Shown here: in pieces, positions 49,592-50,575 of the stretch
Layout of the letters: each line of letters begins with the position of its first letter
How positions within the stretch are numbered: position 1 is the stretch's first letter
Assembly (NCBI GenBank): GCA_041690595.1
Contig: JAWLHB010000025.1
Coordinates: forward strand, 62,001-112,575
Length of the DNA: 50,575 nt
Direction of reading: 5' to 3'
From: Lentisphaeria bacterium
Lineage (GTDB): Bacteria; Verrucomicrobiota; Lentisphaeria; JABSQK01; JAWLHB01
Program-made: the position numbers and the translations under genes
Notes under the pieces: model-generated
Database searches by the model: none
Seen by the model: only the letters and a program-made list of their open reading frames with translations
What the model was told of the DNA's origin: nothing

Positions 49592-49619
49592 TTGACTTGT
49601 GAGTTATAGCTGATATATT
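49592..49619 (+). promoter_or_regulatory. Putative sigma70 promoter upstream of the terminase-like gene
   Basis: TTGACT-N16-TATATT within an AT-rich island at about 49572-49642. Confidence 0.5.
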
Positions 49620-49681
49620 TTATGCTTTCTTTCAAGGGTTAATGATGGGAATTCGAACGGACAATTTGGGGGGGTGTCGAG

Positions 49682-50575
49682 ATGAGGGGACTGAGCAAGC
49701 GGATGCGGCGGTTTGCGGGGGAGTATGTGAAGGATTACTGTGCGGCAAAGGCGGCGCTGCGGGCAGGTTATGCGGAGTCGTTCGCGAAGGCGCGAGCGTC
49801 GGAGTTGCTGCAGGATGGGCGGGTGCGGTTGCTGGTTCGGGAGTTGGCAGGCGAGGAGATGGTGGCGCTGGAAGATCGGGAGGGGATGCGGTTTCCGTCG
49901 ATGATGGAGATCGCGGGGATGCTTGGGGCCATGGCGATGACGTCGATGGCGGATGTGATGTCGGCTAGTGGGGAGGTGGATCGGTCGTCGCCGGCGGTGC
50001 GGGGGGTGCGCTGGGTGAAGGATGGCGAGGGCGGCCTGATGCAGGAGCCGGTCCTGTATGACCGGGTACGCGCGGCGAAGGAGTATATGAAGGTGCTGGC
50101 GGAGGTGGCGCAGCGCCGTTCCTCGGAGACGATGATGGATGCGGAAAGCTGGCTGGTGCATGTGCTGGGGTTCGGCTGGGAGGAGAAGGCGCGAGTGAAG
50201 GAACGACAGGTGTCGCGGACGGCGGAGGATGAGTCGGTGCGGGTGGTGGTGGAGCTGGAGGATGCGGAGGTGACGCTGACGAGAAGTGCGAAGGCGCAGG
50301 GGTATCGGCATGTGGCGAAGAAGGGCGGGACGGGACGCGCAGAGGATCGGCGGGGCGGCGAAGAGGCGCGGCGGGGCGCTGCCCCGGACCCCGCTGGGGA
50401 GGCGCACCTCCCCAGACCCCTCGATACGACCGAGGTTTTGGCCGAGGTTTTGAGCGTGGGCGGGGATGGCGACGGCTCTAGTCGCGGTTCGGAGAACCCC
50501 TCCCACGTTGTCGGGCATGTGGAGGCTAACGGCAGTGGTATTGAAAGCACGCGGGGAGATGGCGATGGCTCTAGT
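49682..50575 (+). CDS. Terminase small subunit-like protein, runs off the window
   Basis: Translated by hand; absent from the ORF track. MRGLSKRMRRFAGEYVKDYCAAKAALRAGYAESFAKARASELLQDGRVR fits the Terminase_2 N-terminal HTH pattern (L..K...F..EY..D.....AA.RAGY), followed by LYDRVRAAKEY. Confidence 0.72.
   Translation, partial: MRGLSKRMRRFAGEYVKDYCAAKAALRAGYAESFAKARASELLQDGRVRLLVRELAGEEMVALEDREGMRFPSMMEIAGMLGAMAMTSMADVMSASGEVDRSSPAVRGVRWVKDGEGGLMQEPVLYDRVRAAKEYMKVLAEVAQRRSSETMMDAESWLVHVLGFGWEEKARVKERQVSRTAEDESVRVVVELEDAEVTLTRSAKAQGYRHVAKKGGTGRAEDRRGGEEARRGAAPDPAGEAHLPRPLDTTEVLAEVLSVGGDGDGSSRGSENPSHVVGHVEANGSGIESTRGDGDGSS

Noticed and set aside
49009..49635. 209-aa N-terminal extension of the CheB/CheR ORF
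   Set aside because: It translates repeat DNA (RSVRSARS); a good RBS and a candidate promoter precede ATG 49008.

Overview
GC-rich bacterial chromosomal window. It is most likely from the PVC superphylum, possibly Lentisphaerota-like; this is inferred from a prepilin/H-X9-DG-type gene beside a GntR-LacI regulator and large secreted CAZyme-like genes. From left to right it holds: a photolyase that runs off the left edge and is missing from the ORF track, a Gfo/Idh/MocA oxidoreductase, an LplT-Aas fusion and an MFS transporter. Next comes a repeat-rich accessory locus (7820-10843) with one intact and one broken four-helix-bundle 'suffix' gene around tandem Fic-like C-terminal wHTH cassettes. 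Then a minus-strand run of two Gfo/Idh/MocA genes, GH1, menA, menE, a secreted protein and a B12 radical SAM gene, followed by gmhB. A divergent polysaccharide-utilisation-like locus spans 21720-36494, followed by yrbL-like and cytochrome c genes and a DeoR / class-III aminotransferase / ceramidase-like / oxidoreductase operon. Three minus-strand genes (membrane protein, quinone oxidoreductase, CheB-CheR-PAS-kinase-REC hybrid) are separated by copies of the same mosaic repeat spacer. A terminase small subunit-like gene, also missing from the ORF track, runs off the right edge. The most unusual signals are the modular repeat spacers between apparent gene cassettes, and the four-helix-bundle/Fic-C locus, which carries an inverted copy of the gene's variable loop. 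I saw no CRISPR array, tRNA, rRNA, transposase, integrase or reverse transcriptase. All calls are by eye; no searches were run.
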